Positions 1-8,047 of a stretch of DNA of 36,872 nucleotides are shown piece by piece. The DNA lies in the IMG/VR virus record IMGVR_UViG_3300020045_006925, positions 1 to 36,872 of that record, one strand, 5' to 3'. The first letter of the stretch is position 1. Each line of letters begins with the position of its first letter. The stretch comes from a virus (taxonomy: Duplodnaviria > Caudoviricetes). The notes beneath the pieces were generated by a model that was not told the origin of the DNA, made no database searches, and worked only from the letters and a program-made list of their open reading frames with translations. The position numbers were made by a program, and so were the translations under genes.

Positions 1-121
1 GCTGGCATTTTGAGCGACAAGATTATTCGCCCAAGTTCCATCTCCTCGAAGGAAAAAAGCAGCCGTATCCGTGCCAGTCCCCAATTGAGAAGGATCGGCA
101 ACGCCTGTAACTGGATGATCC
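1..121 (+). repeat. Terminal direct repeat, copy 1 (assembly overlap)
   Basis: Identical to 36752-36872. Confidence 0.97.
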
Positions 122-261
122 GCATTCCAATCTGAAGGCAAAACGATATCGGCCAATAATGTTCCGACTGGAAAATTACCTGCAGCGATTTGAGCATCAA
201 GATCGGCCTGCGTCCAGTCTGTGATCGTATCGGTCTTTGCGTGCTTTACGGTTAAAGCCAT
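1..261 (-). CDS. 5' part of origin-spanning virion fibre-like protein (382 aa total; continues at 36751..35864)
   Basis: ATG at 261 overlaps the portal stop (TAATG); reads MALTVKHAKTDTITDWTQADLDAQIAAGNFPVGTLLADIVLPSDWNADH...FLRGDGTW with no stop, in frame with ORF 35864..36835. Confidence 0.88.
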   Translation of the reverse strand, partial: MALTVKHAKTDTITDWTQADLDAQIAAGNFPVGTLLADIVLPSDWNADHPVTGVADPSQLGTGTDTAAFFLRGDGTWANNLVAQNAS

Positions 262-2636
262 TATTGCACCCCACCAGTCACAACGCCTTGGATCATGCCG
301 TTTGCATCACGGACGACTTGCTTCGGTGCGGTAATTGCAGCCGTTAGGACTTGGATTTGCTGGGACATTGCGGCCAAAGTTTGCAAGAGCATTTCCGATT
401 GCATTTTTTCTTGAGCTTCTTTTTGCGCTTCAGCAAGAGCTTCTTGCTCTGCCATCATCGCTTGAGCTTCAGCTTGAGCTGCGGCTTGCGCTTCCTGTTC
501 ATCAAGCGCTTTGATCTGCGCCAAGAGCGCTTCTTTTTGATTGGTTGGGGCTGCGGCCATTTCTTCACCTCCGGCTTCAGTTGGTTGCAAAGCTTGATTT
601 TGACTTACGCGGAAATCGATCTTCGCTTTCATTGCATCAAGATCGATCTTATCTCCTTCGAGTTCAAGCTTCATTTTTTCAAGCTCGATTTTTTCTTCTT
701 CGAGCTTCAGCTTTGCCGCTTCGTTTGCGGCCTTCATTGCATCAGTTTGATTTCCTGATTGCATTTCCTTCATTTTAGCTGCGAATTCAGCTTGCTTCAG
801 AGCGATATCGGCCTCTTTATCCTGCACCGCTTGATCAGCAGCTTTGAGCGCTTCGCCCATTTGCTGAATGACTTCCTGCATTTGCACGATCTGCTGCTGA
901 ATTGCAGGAGGGATCGGATTAGGATTGTCTTCGTCCTCTTGGTCAACCCCCAATTTCTCTGCATAGCGTTTTGCGATCTTATCTGCGCCCGGCCAATCTT
1001 GAGTGCCATAGAAGATATCAGGAGCCACGGCCATCAAATCAGTTTTTGCAGCCAGCTCCAGCATTGCTTCGCCTTGCTCTTGGCGTTTTGTGGTATAAGA
1101 AGCGCCAGTCGTCACCATCACATCGTAAGAGCCGATCGTCATATCGTGCATTTTCATCGTGCCATCAGGAGCTTTATATTTTTGATTGATTGGGAATTTG
1201 ACAATTTTCTTGTCGGCTTTCATGCCTGTGACAATGCGTGATCCGTCATAAATGTGAGTGATCAGATCATTCAAGATGATGCCGCCCGCAAGCTTTCCGC
1301 GCGTCTGGTTATCGATGTAGTGATAAGTGGATACGTCACCTTCGCGCTGGCGTGCAATGATTGCCCTGCCTGATTGCTCATTCCCTTGCTGGCCTAGGGA
1401 TGCCGGATAGATACCAGTTGTATTATAAAAGTTCTGCTGCGCTTGATTGAGCAAAGCAACGCCCGCAGATAAATCCACCCCCGCTTGAACGCGAGAAGGA
1501 GGGGGAACTGGTCGGCCTTTATCATCGAAATCATTGAAAGGCAGATATGCGTAATCACGAATATTCGATTGATCCCAGAATTGCTCAAGCCCTTTGATCG
1601 CACGAATTGAAGCAATCCACGGAGATTTCGGAGCAAGCGCCGTCATGTGCTGGATGGAATTTGATTGATAATTGAAAGCACGTTGCGGCGCCATCATGTG
1701 CTCGACCAATCCAGTTAAATGTTTCTTGCCGTCAACATTCTTTTCTTCGCCAGCAGTAAAAACATAAGGGATATATTCGCCCGCCCAATCTGATTTTTCC
1801 AGCTCTTCGTATGCGGTGCATTTCCGATAGATAACTTTTGAATTCACGACATCGCGCGTGTCATAAGCTTCGATCTTTTTAGGCTCTTCTTCAGTGATCT
1901 TGCCTGTGCCTTTATTGCGATAGAGCTTTGTGATTGTCTCTTCGACTTCCCAATATTCGGCAATTCTCACATAATCATCGCCCATCCATTCGGCTGAACT
2001 ATCGCCCGTAGATGTGAGCGTTCTGCAATCGTATTCTTTGCCCGGATATTTCTTTTTGAATTCGCTTTTCGGTATATCAGAAGTTTGAATGAGAAACTGG
2101 CGATCGAGGCGATCGGGTCTGATACAGTTCGGATCGTCATAGATTACGAGAGGATTGGGGATCCAAACGATCTTGATCACCTGATCAAAAGATTTCTTGT
2201 TTTCGTATTCGGTAATATATCTCCAGTAGCCCCAGCCACCTTCGACGCAGTTTTCGAGAGCAGTGTCATAAGCGATTTGAGCCTGAGGGTCGGCTTGAAT
2301 GTTTCGAGCAAGGTCTTCGCGCTTTTCGGCGGTTTCCTTCATATCATCATTGCCAGGAATAAACTTCGTTTCAGTCTCATTCAAGCGACCGTCATTCGTG
2401 ATCTGGTGCGTGAATTGAGGAATTTGGTTGTATGTATCGTGCGGTTTATTGTCCGTTTTATATTGATCGAGAATTGCAGTATCCCATTGATGCTCACCGC
2501 CGAGCGCAAATTTCTTCGCATAAACAAACTTCTTGCGATTATCGCTTTCGGCGCCATTGGATAAATTCCAGCGTTCCATCATTGCTTTGATCATCGGGCT
2601 TTCGCCATAAGTTTCAGTTTTATCTTGCTTGGCCAT
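261..2636 (-). CDS. Portal protein, P22 gp1-like, with long C-terminal coiled-coil barrel
   Basis: 791 aa directly after TerL; motifs TYNQIPQF, GGWGYWR, YIPYV, SGRAIIARQREGD, GSYDVMVTTGASYTTKRQE typical of P22-like portals. Confidence 0.93.
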   Translation of the reverse strand: MAKQDKTETYGESPMIKAMMERWNLSNGAESDNRKKFVYAKKFALGGEHQWDTAILDQYKTDNKPHDTYNQIPQFTHQITNDGRLNETETKFIPGNDDMKETAEKREDLARNIQADPQAQIAYDTALENCVEGGWGYWRYITEYENKKSFDQVIKIVWIPNPLVIYDDPNCIRPDRLDRQFLIQTSDIPKSEFKKKYPGKEYDCRTLTSTGDSSAEWMGDDYVRIAEYWEVEETITKLYRNKGTGKITEEEPKKIEAYDTRDVVNSKVIYRKCTAYEELEKSDWAGEYIPYVFTAGEEKNVDGKKHLTGLVEHMMAPQRAFNYQSNSIQHMTALAPKSPWIASIRAIKGLEQFWDQSNIRDYAYLPFNDFDDKGRPVPPPSRVQAGVDLSAGVALLNQAQQNFYNTTGIYPASLGQQGNEQSGRAIIARQREGDVSTYHYIDNQTRGKLAGGIILNDLITHIYDGSRIVTGMKADKKIVKFPINQKYKAPDGTMKMHDMTIGSYDVMVTTGASYTTKRQEQGEAMLELAAKTDLMAVAPDIFYGTQDWPGADKIAKRYAEKLGVDQEDEDNPNPIPPAIQQQIVQMQEVIQQMGEALKAADQAVQDKEADIALKQAEFAAKMKEMQSGNQTDAMKAANEAAKLKLEEEKIELEKMKLELEGDKIDLDAMKAKIDFRVSQNQALQPTEAGGEEMAAAPTNQKEALLAQIKALDEQEAQAAAQAEAQAMMAEQEALAEAQKEAQEKMQSEMLLQTLAAMSQQIQVLTAAITAPKQVVRDANGMIQGVVTGGVQ

Positions 2637-3953
2637 TTAACGCGCTCCGTGGTGGTAATAATTACTTGAATAATGCCCGGGCCCCTTGAAGTCTTGCCCG
2701 ATTTGAGAAAGTCCAGACTGTACTATTTGCGCAGCTATTGCTGCATAACGTGCTGCCGAAGCTCCGTGAGAAGCCCAATTGTGCAGAGGCTTTTTCTTGA
2801 ATATGCTTCTTTCTTCATCCCATTCGTAGCCGTAATTTTCAAGAGAAAAAACACCATCGGCGCATTCATCTTGATCAAAAACTGAATAATTTATTGTTTG
2901 GCGCAGCAATTCAATGCCCGGATTTATATCTTGTTCACGATCTAAAACTTGATTAGGAAGGCCGAGATCATAGAGCTGATTTGAAACCGTATCGCCCCGA
3001 ATGTTACCATGTGCCCCATCGTGAGGCAAGAAGTGACCATTTTCTAAGTAATTATAAGGCTTTGCTTTGACGATTTGCGAATAATGGTCGAGCTGCTCGC
3101 CGCAATTCTCGTAATAAGATAGCCAGCGCAGCTCACGGCCAACGAATTGAAGAAACCAGATTGCCGTAGCATCCCCGAAGCCCAAATCCCAAGCGGTAAA
3201 GACCTGAAATGCAGGATTGTATGGCACAAAGGTAATGCGATTTTGCATTCTTGCCTTTGCAAGCTGCTTTGCGAAGATTGCTCCTGATCTTCGAGTATCC
3301 GGCCCGCCTTCCCAGACGTGCTCGTATGCTTCAGGATCATCATTCAGCATCTTCAAGCGCTCAAGCTCAAGAACGTGTGGAAAGAATGGATTATCTCGAT
3401 ATGAGATCATTTTGCAAATATTGTCTGGCGATTTTTTGGCCACAAACCTCTGATAGGTCGGATCAGTTGTATTTTTTGTGTTGAACGTAACCCAGATTTC
3501 AGACATGGCCAATTTGCCATTTATAATTTTCTCATTACGGATTGTTGGGATCAGCAGTTCCCATGATTTATTCGATACGTTGTGAGCTTCATCGGCATAA
3601 GCAATATCGATCCCATCCATACCCTTGATTTCTTCGATATTCTTCTTCAGGCCTTTGAAGATAATTTCGGTACCATTGCGGCCGATAATCTTCTTTTCTT
3701 GGATGATGTAATTATCGCCCATTCCATTTTTATAAATTTGCTTGCTCAGTAGCGAGTGAATACTTTCCGCAATCGAGGTCTGAAACTCGCGGCAGCATAA
3801 AATTTTTGTGGGTTTTTGAATACCTTTGATCAGCGCTGCATCGCCAAAGCCCGTTGATTTACCGCCACCACGCCCACCATATCCGGTTTTATATCGGCTT
3901 GGCGTGAAGAGATAATCAAAAACTTCAGGTATCTGAACTTGAATTTTGCTCAT
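2637..3953 (-). CDS. terL: Terminase large subunit (PBSX-like family)
   Basis: Walker A YGGRGGGKS, CCREFQTSIAES, Walker B YADEAH, WVTFN, nuclease motifs WDLGFGDAT and LPHDG. Confidence 0.95.
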   Translation of the reverse strand: MSKIQVQIPEVFDYLFTPSRYKTGYGGRGGGKSTGFGDAALIKGIQKPTKILCCREFQTSIAESIHSLLSKQIYKNGMGDNYIIQEKKIIGRNGTEIIFKGLKKNIEEIKGMDGIDIAYADEAHNVSNKSWELLIPTIRNEKIINGKLAMSEIWVTFNTKNTTDPTYQRFVAKKSPDNICKMISYRDNPFFPHVLELERLKMLNDDPEAYEHVWEGGPDTRRSGAIFAKQLAKARMQNRITFVPYNPAFQVFTAWDLGFGDATAIWFLQFVGRELRWLSYYENCGEQLDHYSQIVKAKPYNYLENGHFLPHDGAHGNIRGDTVSNQLYDLGLPNQVLDREQDINPGIELLRQTINYSVFDQDECADGVFSLENYGYEWDEERSIFKKKPLHNWASHGASAARYAAIAAQIVQSGLSQIGQDFKGPGHYSSNYYHHGAR

Positions 3954-4119
3954 TGATTGGGGCTTCTTCTGGTTGTGCTTGAGCTGCTGCGACTATCCGA
4001 TCACGCATTTTTCGCACGAAAGGATCGCCTTTTTCTTTTTTCACCGCAAGAATGACATTGCGATCTGCATCCGTCCAGTTTGCCGGATCATCGGCCAATA
4101 TGATTTCTATTGTTCTCAT
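3925..4119 (-). CDS. Hypothetical protein (64 aa, MRTIEIILADD...)
   Basis: GAGG RBS, ATGA overlap with upstream ORF, overlaps TerL start. Confidence 0.65.
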   Translation of the reverse strand: MRTIEIILADDPANWTDADRNVILAVKKEKGDPFVRKMRDRIVAAAQAQPEEAPINEQNSSSDT

Positions 4120-4256
4120 GTCATTATCCTCACGCCCATTTCGGCTCTTTGGCCATCCCATTTGCACATGCGATACAAAAAAAGATGGTATGGGTTTAAA
4201 GTTGCAAGATTGAATTCACAATAAATCGATCTTCGAATTCTTGGATGTGTGATCAT
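4116..4256 (-). CDS. Hypothetical small protein (46 aa, MITHPRIRR...)
   Basis: ATGA overlaps at both ends. Confidence 0.5.
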   Translation of the reverse strand: MITHPRIRRSIYCEFNLATLNPYHLFLYRMCKWDGQRAEMGVRIMT

Positions 4257-4429
4257 GGGGCTTGATCCTGTCTTAAAAGGCAGATCAACGGCATCCAATC
4301 TCTTGAAAGTTTGGGTCTTCGATCGGAGCGCAAATTGCAAAAGGCTGTCCGATTTTTATACTTGATTGCGATTTCAGTTCCCATTTGACCAAAAACCACA
4401 TTCCCAATTTTTCTATGCAGCATGATCAT
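4253..4429 (-). CDS. Hypothetical small protein (58 aa, MIMLHRKIGNVVFGQMG...; not in ORF track)
   Basis: Translated by hand; ATGA overlap with TerS stop and with next ORF. Confidence 0.55.
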   Translation of the reverse strand: MIMLHRKIGNVVFGQMGTEIAIKYKNRTAFCNLRSDRRPKLSRDWMPLICLLRQDQAP

Positions 4430-4815
4430 TTCGGCCTCACGAATGTGATTTCAACTTCACTGATTTGCACTGGGCCACCATCGGCGCCAGTAATCTCTGT
4501 TTTATCAGAAATCTTGCCGTGAATGGTATCTTTAATTTCGCGGATCGCATTCAAATCGCCTTTGAGCGCCTTCTGGATCAGCACGATATCGATCGCTTTC
4601 TCGATTGTGAGCTTCTTTTCCTTTGCATCGAATGGATTTGCGAGCAGCTTGCCCTTTGGGTCTTTGAAGGATAATTCGAGCAGCTCCTTCAGAATGGTTG
4701 CCCTGTTTTTCTGGCCTTTGGGATATCCCTTTGGATTGCCCGATTGCCCTTTTTTCCATGCTGGCGCGGGCTTCAAGTTCTTCAATGATTTTTCAGTTGG
4801 CGGAGGTCTGGCCAT
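4426..4815 (-). CDS. terS: Terminase small subunit (DUF5681-like N-terminus)
   Basis: NLKP..WKKGQSGNPKGYPKG N-terminal motif, KALKGDLNAI, C-terminal EITGADGGPV; upstream of TerL. Confidence 0.85.
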   Translation of the reverse strand: MARPPPTEKSLKNLKPAPAWKKGQSGNPKGYPKGQKNRATILKELLELSFKDPKGKLLANPFDAKEKKLTIEKAIDIVLIQKALKGDLNAIREIKDTIHGKISDKTEITGADGGPVQISEVEITFVRPK

Positions 4816-5735
4816 TATTCGCTCACAAGTTTGAAGTTATAATCTTTTTCGATGATCGGATCACCGGTGCGGATCAATGGCATTTTCTTAAAACGGGTAT
4901 AATCCACTTGATGGTGCGTGCGGCCGAATTTGTGAACAATCTTTGAACAATCAGGATGCACCAAAGCTTGCATTCTGCTTTTTGCATCTGTGCCGCTTTC
5001 AGCGTAATGACGACCTGCAGTTTTCACGCCTTCAGCTTGATAGAATTCAGCTGTGTTGCCGCCTTTGATCGTCTGGGTGCGCAGCTTTTCCTGAAGAAAG
5101 GCATTGAATTGTATGGTACACCACGCTTCCTTCAGCATATCGAGCGATAGGATTGTGTCTTCGTTGTATCGGCCACGCCAGCGAAAAGGCAAATCATTGC
5201 GGATCAGATTGCAGGAATAAATTCGGGTGTTTATTGTGAACGGCGGAAGCTTTGAAGACCCGAATGCGAACATCGAATAATTAGGCCCCGCCATTCCGAC
5301 ATTGGCGTATCGGAGGACGAAATCTTCCATTGCACGCCAGAAAGCCGGATTAACGCACTTGATCCGTATTTTATCAATGTATCTGCGGAATGAGAGAATA
5401 TTATCATCCATAACCCAATGGTGAGAGAAGCCGTTTTTTATCGAATGTTCCCAAGCAAAGTTGCGAGCAGCTCCTGGACCAACTGATTTTGATAGGCCGA
5501 GATCGTCACACGTTTCGTATGTGTCTTTGAAGCGCAGATCAAGCTCTAAGACTTCAGCCAGCAAGCCCATGCTCTCGATCGCAGATTGATATTTCTCGAC
5601 TTCTTGAGGCTCTACGATAACGAAATGCTTTACACCCATTTCCGTTAAAGCCTTCGAAGTGATCATGTATTCGGAGCGGCCTTTGGATGGAATGTAAAGC
5701 GGGAATTGAGGATATAATTCACAATCTACTTCCAT
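4815..5735 (-). CDS. GT-A fold glycosyltransferase, GREB1/TET-associated (TAGT)-like
   Basis: Motifs YIPSKGR, GPGAARNFAW, HWVMDDNI (DxD-like), TRIYSCNLI, WRGRYNEDT, KGGNT. Confidence 0.82.
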   Translation of the reverse strand: MEVDCELYPQFPLYIPSKGRSEYMITSKALTEMGVKHFVIVEPQEVEKYQSAIESMGLLAEVLELDLRFKDTYETCDDLGLSKSVGPGAARNFAWEHSIKNGFSHHWVMDDNILSFRRYIDKIRIKCVNPAFWRAMEDFVLRYANVGMAGPNYSMFAFGSSKLPPFTINTRIYSCNLIRNDLPFRWRGRYNEDTILSLDMLKEAWCTIQFNAFLQEKLRTQTIKGGNTAEFYQAEGVKTAGRHYAESGTDAKSRMQALVHPDCSKIVHKFGRTHHQVDYTRFKKMPLIRTGDPIIEKDYNFKLVSE

Positions 5736-6367
5736 TTTTTCCCTTTAGTTTCGCGGCGCTCTTTCGGAGGATACCAGACTGATTTTGTTTTATCAGTCAA
5801 TTCAACCCCGAGCAGCTCACCGAACTTCTTGACGCTTTCAGCATCATCAAAGCTCACAATGATTTTTTGAAATGCTGGCTCTCCGTCAGAGAATTCAGGC
5901 ATTCCTTCTTTCCACTCCGCATCTTTGTCAGTTTCACCAACTTTGCGGATAAAGCCCCCGACTTCGTAAGTGTCAAAGCCAGTCATTGAAAGATCAAAGC
6001 CCAATTTTGAAAGCTCATTCAGCTCGATCTTCAGAATTTCATCATCCCAGCCGCTATCAAGCGCGATGCGGTTATCGGCCAGCATATAGGCGCGTATTTG
6101 CGCGTCTGTGAGGTGGTCGGCAATGATACAAGGGATTTCCTTCATTCCGATTTGCTTCGCAGCCTGAAGCCGCCCATGCCCTGCAATCAGAGTTCCGTCT
6201 TTATCGATGATGATCGGGGAAATGAAGCCGAATTCTTTAATCGATCCGACAATCTTTTTGATCTGCGCCTTGTTGTGGGTGCGTGCATTTCGGGGATTTG
6301 CAGTCAGTGACCCGATGGATTTCTTGACGTATTCGAGGCCTGTTGATTTTCCTGCTGCTTTTTTCAT
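5726..6367 (-). CDS. ParB/Srx-like N-terminal domain protein with short C-terminal domain
   Basis: NPRNARTH, SIKEFGF, PIIID, IAGHGRLQAA, YMLADNR motifs; start moved to ATG 6367 (AAAGGG RBS). Confidence 0.88.
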   Translation of the reverse strand: MKKAAGKSTGLEYVKKSIGSLTANPRNARTHNKAQIKKIVGSIKEFGFISPIIIDKDGTLIAGHGRLQAAKQIGMKEIPCIIADHLTDAQIRAYMLADNRIALDSGWDDEILKIELNELSKLGFDLSMTGFDTYEVGGFIRKVGETDKDAEWKEGMPEFSDGEPAFQKIIVSFDDAESVKKFGELLGVELTDKTKSVWYPPKERRETKGKKWK

Positions 6368-6385
6368 GTGTTTTTTCCCTTTACA
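6367..6385 (+). promoter_or_regulatory. Operator-like site, variant copy (TGTG-N11-TACA)
   Basis: TGTGTTTTTTCCCTTTACA; same spacing as copies at 8048, 13721, 17383; covers ParB RBS/start. Confidence 0.45.
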
Positions 6386-6390
6386 AAACA

Positions 6391-6419
6391 ACACTACAGG
6401 ATTTTTTTTGCGCTTTCAA
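6391..6419 (-). promoter_or_regulatory. Putative sigma70 promoter for ParB-GT-terminase operon
   Basis: TTGAAA-17 nt-TAGTGT on minus strand, just upstream of the ParB RBS. Confidence 0.45.
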
Positions 6420-6561
6420 CATCTGGGTGTTTTACGATGCGATCGAGGAAGTTGCCCGCAGAAAGCTCATTTCCGAATTTGAATAATATTTCTTCACCGT
6501 CTGGAAAGTCAATGCTGGGCTTATATTTCACTGATATTTTATAAATTGTGTCAAATCTCAT
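6394..6561 (-). CDS. Hypothetical protein (55 aa, MRFDTIYKISVKYKP...; not in ORF track)
   Basis: Translated by hand; GGAG RBS; fills the gap in the operon. Confidence 0.65.
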   Translation of the reverse strand: MRFDTIYKISVKYKPSIDFPDGEEILFKFGNELSAGNFLDRIVKHPDVESAKKIL

Positions 6562-6567
6562 TTTGAT

Positions 6568-6879
6568 TTATTCTCCGACCAAATCTTGACGCCAGTTGCG
6601 AGGGAAGTCATAAAAATTGATCAAATACAGCCGATAGGCGCGTGCCTGATCGGGTTCCATTTCGTTGATATGATCTTGCACCATTTGCAATTCGCCATCG
6701 TGGGCGATCGTGGCATACGATTTGCCGTGCCATGGGACAGGAGGAATGAAATCAGGGAGAAGCGGGGATTTTTTGGGGCGCTGCGCAATCTCTGCAAGTT
6801 TCGCATTCAAATCGAAAGGAGGCTTTGGCTCTTTTTTTGATTTGGCCGGGCTTTCAGGATCGCCGAAAAGATTACTCAT
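6568..6879 (-). CDS. Hypothetical protein (103 aa)
   Basis: AAGGA RBS, ATGA overlap, co-oriented. Confidence 0.7.
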   Translation of the reverse strand: MSNLFGDPESPAKSKKEPKPPFDLNAKLAEIAQRPKKSPLLPDFIPPVPWHGKSYATIAHDGELQMVQDHINEMEPDQARAYRLYLINFYDFPRNWRQDLVGE

Positions 6880-7070
6880 TTTAAATTCCTTTCATGAACA
6901 TCGCAAGAATGTGAAATAAGCTCAAGAGCTGGAAATCCGACAGCATCTAAAGCTTCAATTGCTTGATTTTTGGCATCTTCGCTTCCACATTGAAAAGAAT
7001 ATTCCTTGCCTTCGTGAATGTATTTTACAATAAATCGATTTCGAAAAACTTCCTGAACTTCAATTGTCAT
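6876..7070 (-). CDS. Hypothetical protein (64 aa)
   Basis: ATGA overlaps at both ends, AGGA RBS. Confidence 0.7.
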   Translation of the reverse strand: MTIEVQEVFRNRFIVKYIHEGKEYSFQCGSEDAKNQAIEALDAVGFPALELISHSCDVHERNLK

Positions 7071-7864
7071 GGTTTTTTCTTTCCTATGGTTGCTAATCGT
7101 TTACGTTGGGCTTCGGTCATTTCTCCCCAGCCTTTGCCAAATATCTCGCGCTTGAAATCAGCATCGGGATCGATTGGCCCCAAGACATTTTCCTTTGCTG
7201 GCTTGCGTTCGATATTGGTGAGCCATACGGCTTCAAATCCTCCCCAGCCTTTCTTCAGCATGATCTCGATTGCTCCTGATGGGCTCATTCCAGCTTTTTC
7301 AGCTTCTTCATAAATTCCTTTGAGCGCTCTTTCAGTGATCGGCAATCTTTTCGCTTTGCGATGCTTCAGAAAATCAGCCCATAATTTCGGATCAATCGTG
7401 ATCGGACAATCTTCTGGATTTTTGGGTTTTTCTTCCTCTGTGCTTTCCTGAAACAAATCTGGTGTATCTATATTCTTTATTTCTTTATTTCTTATAGTGT
7501 AGTCATCAGCTTGCGATGAGCTTGCGATCCGTTTGCGATTTACTTTGCGATCTGATTGAAATTCTTCCCACTTAACTATTGATATTATTGAGAATTTTGC
7601 CGTTGTTTTGATTGCGATTTCGTTTGTCATTTTTAAGCGTTCTAAGCATGTTCGGGTCTGGGACACCGTTAGACCCGTTGATTTGCTTAGGGTGTGAATT
7701 CCAGTTACGAGAGAGCCGACCGGAACATCATGCCCCATAAAACGATTGAATTCATAATTTGCGTGGAGAAGTAAATGCACCCAAAGGGCGACCATATTTG
7801 GGTCTGTTTTCCATTCCCATTTCTTCATTCTTCTTGAAAGTTTAACCCAGCCGTCTTCAGACAT
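7067..7864 (-). CDS. Phage replication initiator / replisome organiser (lambda O analogue)
   Basis: GWVKLSR..WEW...LWVHLLLHAN N-terminus, HTH-like LSKSTGLTVSQTRTCLERL, C-terminal WADFLKHRK..KGWGGF; internal iteron-like repeats; AAGGAGG RBS. Confidence 0.85.
   Translation of the reverse strand: MSEDGWVKLSRRMKKWEWKTDPNMVALWVHLLLHANYEFNRFMGHDVPVGSLVTGIHTLSKSTGLTVSQTRTCLERLKMTNEIAIKTTAKFSIISIVKWEEFQSDRKVNRKRIASSSQADDYTIRNKEIKNIDTPDLFQESTEEEKPKNPEDCPITIDPKLWADFLKHRKAKRLPITERALKGIYEEAEKAGMSPSGAIEIMLKKGWGGFEAVWLTNIERKPAKENVLGPIDPDADFKREIFGKGWGEMTEAQRKRLATIGKKKP
7465..7551. repeat. Putative replication origin: four TTGCGAT iterons plus adjacent AT-rich tract
   Basis: TTGCGAT at 7511, 7522, 7533, 7545 (11/11/12-bp spacing) beside TTCTTTAT repeats at about 7470-7495, inside the initiator gene as in lambdoid ori. 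Confidence 0.7.
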
Positions 7865-7897
7865 TGATCCCTCCTTATAGGGAAACCTTAAATAAAA

Positions 7898-7948
7898 ACA
7901 GGGCAGGCTGGTAAGGTTCCAGCTTTTCGGATGCGCGTCCTATCCCGT
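7898..7948 (-). ncRNA. Structured cis-regulatory leader RNA (three-stem junction) upstream of the replication initiator
   Basis: ACGGGAUAG/CUGCCCUGU closing stem, GGA-CGCGCA-UCC hairpin, GAAAA junction, GCUGG-AACCUUA-CCAGC hairpin. Confidence 0.55.
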
Positions 7949-7954
7949 GATCAG

Positions 7955-7982
7955 AGCATATCGATCAAGGCGTGATTTGCAA
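7955..7982 (-). promoter_or_regulatory. Putative leftward sigma70 promoter
   Basis: TTGCAA-16 nt-TATGCT; predicted start about 7948, the first base of the structured leader. Confidence 0.55.
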
Positions 7983-7991
7983 CACATAAAA

Positions 7992-8010
7992 TGTAAATTT
8001 AAAAAATACG
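7992..8010 (-). promoter_or_regulatory. Operator-like site, variant copy (CGTA-N11-TACA)
   Basis: Minus strand CGTATTTTTTAAATTTACA. Confidence 0.45.
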
Positions 8011-8047
8011 CAGAAATGAGCCAAAAACGCAGAAAGTTGTAAAAAAG

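Noticed and set aside
1-121. 121-bp terminal repeat as a physical phage DTR
   Set aside because: It falls in mid-gene and its length is typical of an assembler k-mer overlap; better read as circular assembly
351-2564. Long plus-strand ORFs opposite the portal gene (and similar antisense ORFs elsewhere)
   Set aside because: Shadow frames of well-supported genes; no RBS or recognisable motifs
5726-5745. -1 frameshift fusing ParB to the glycosyltransferase at GGGAAAAAA
   Set aside because: Not a canonical X XXY YYZ heptamer in the ParB frame, and the GT has its own ATG and RBS-like sequence
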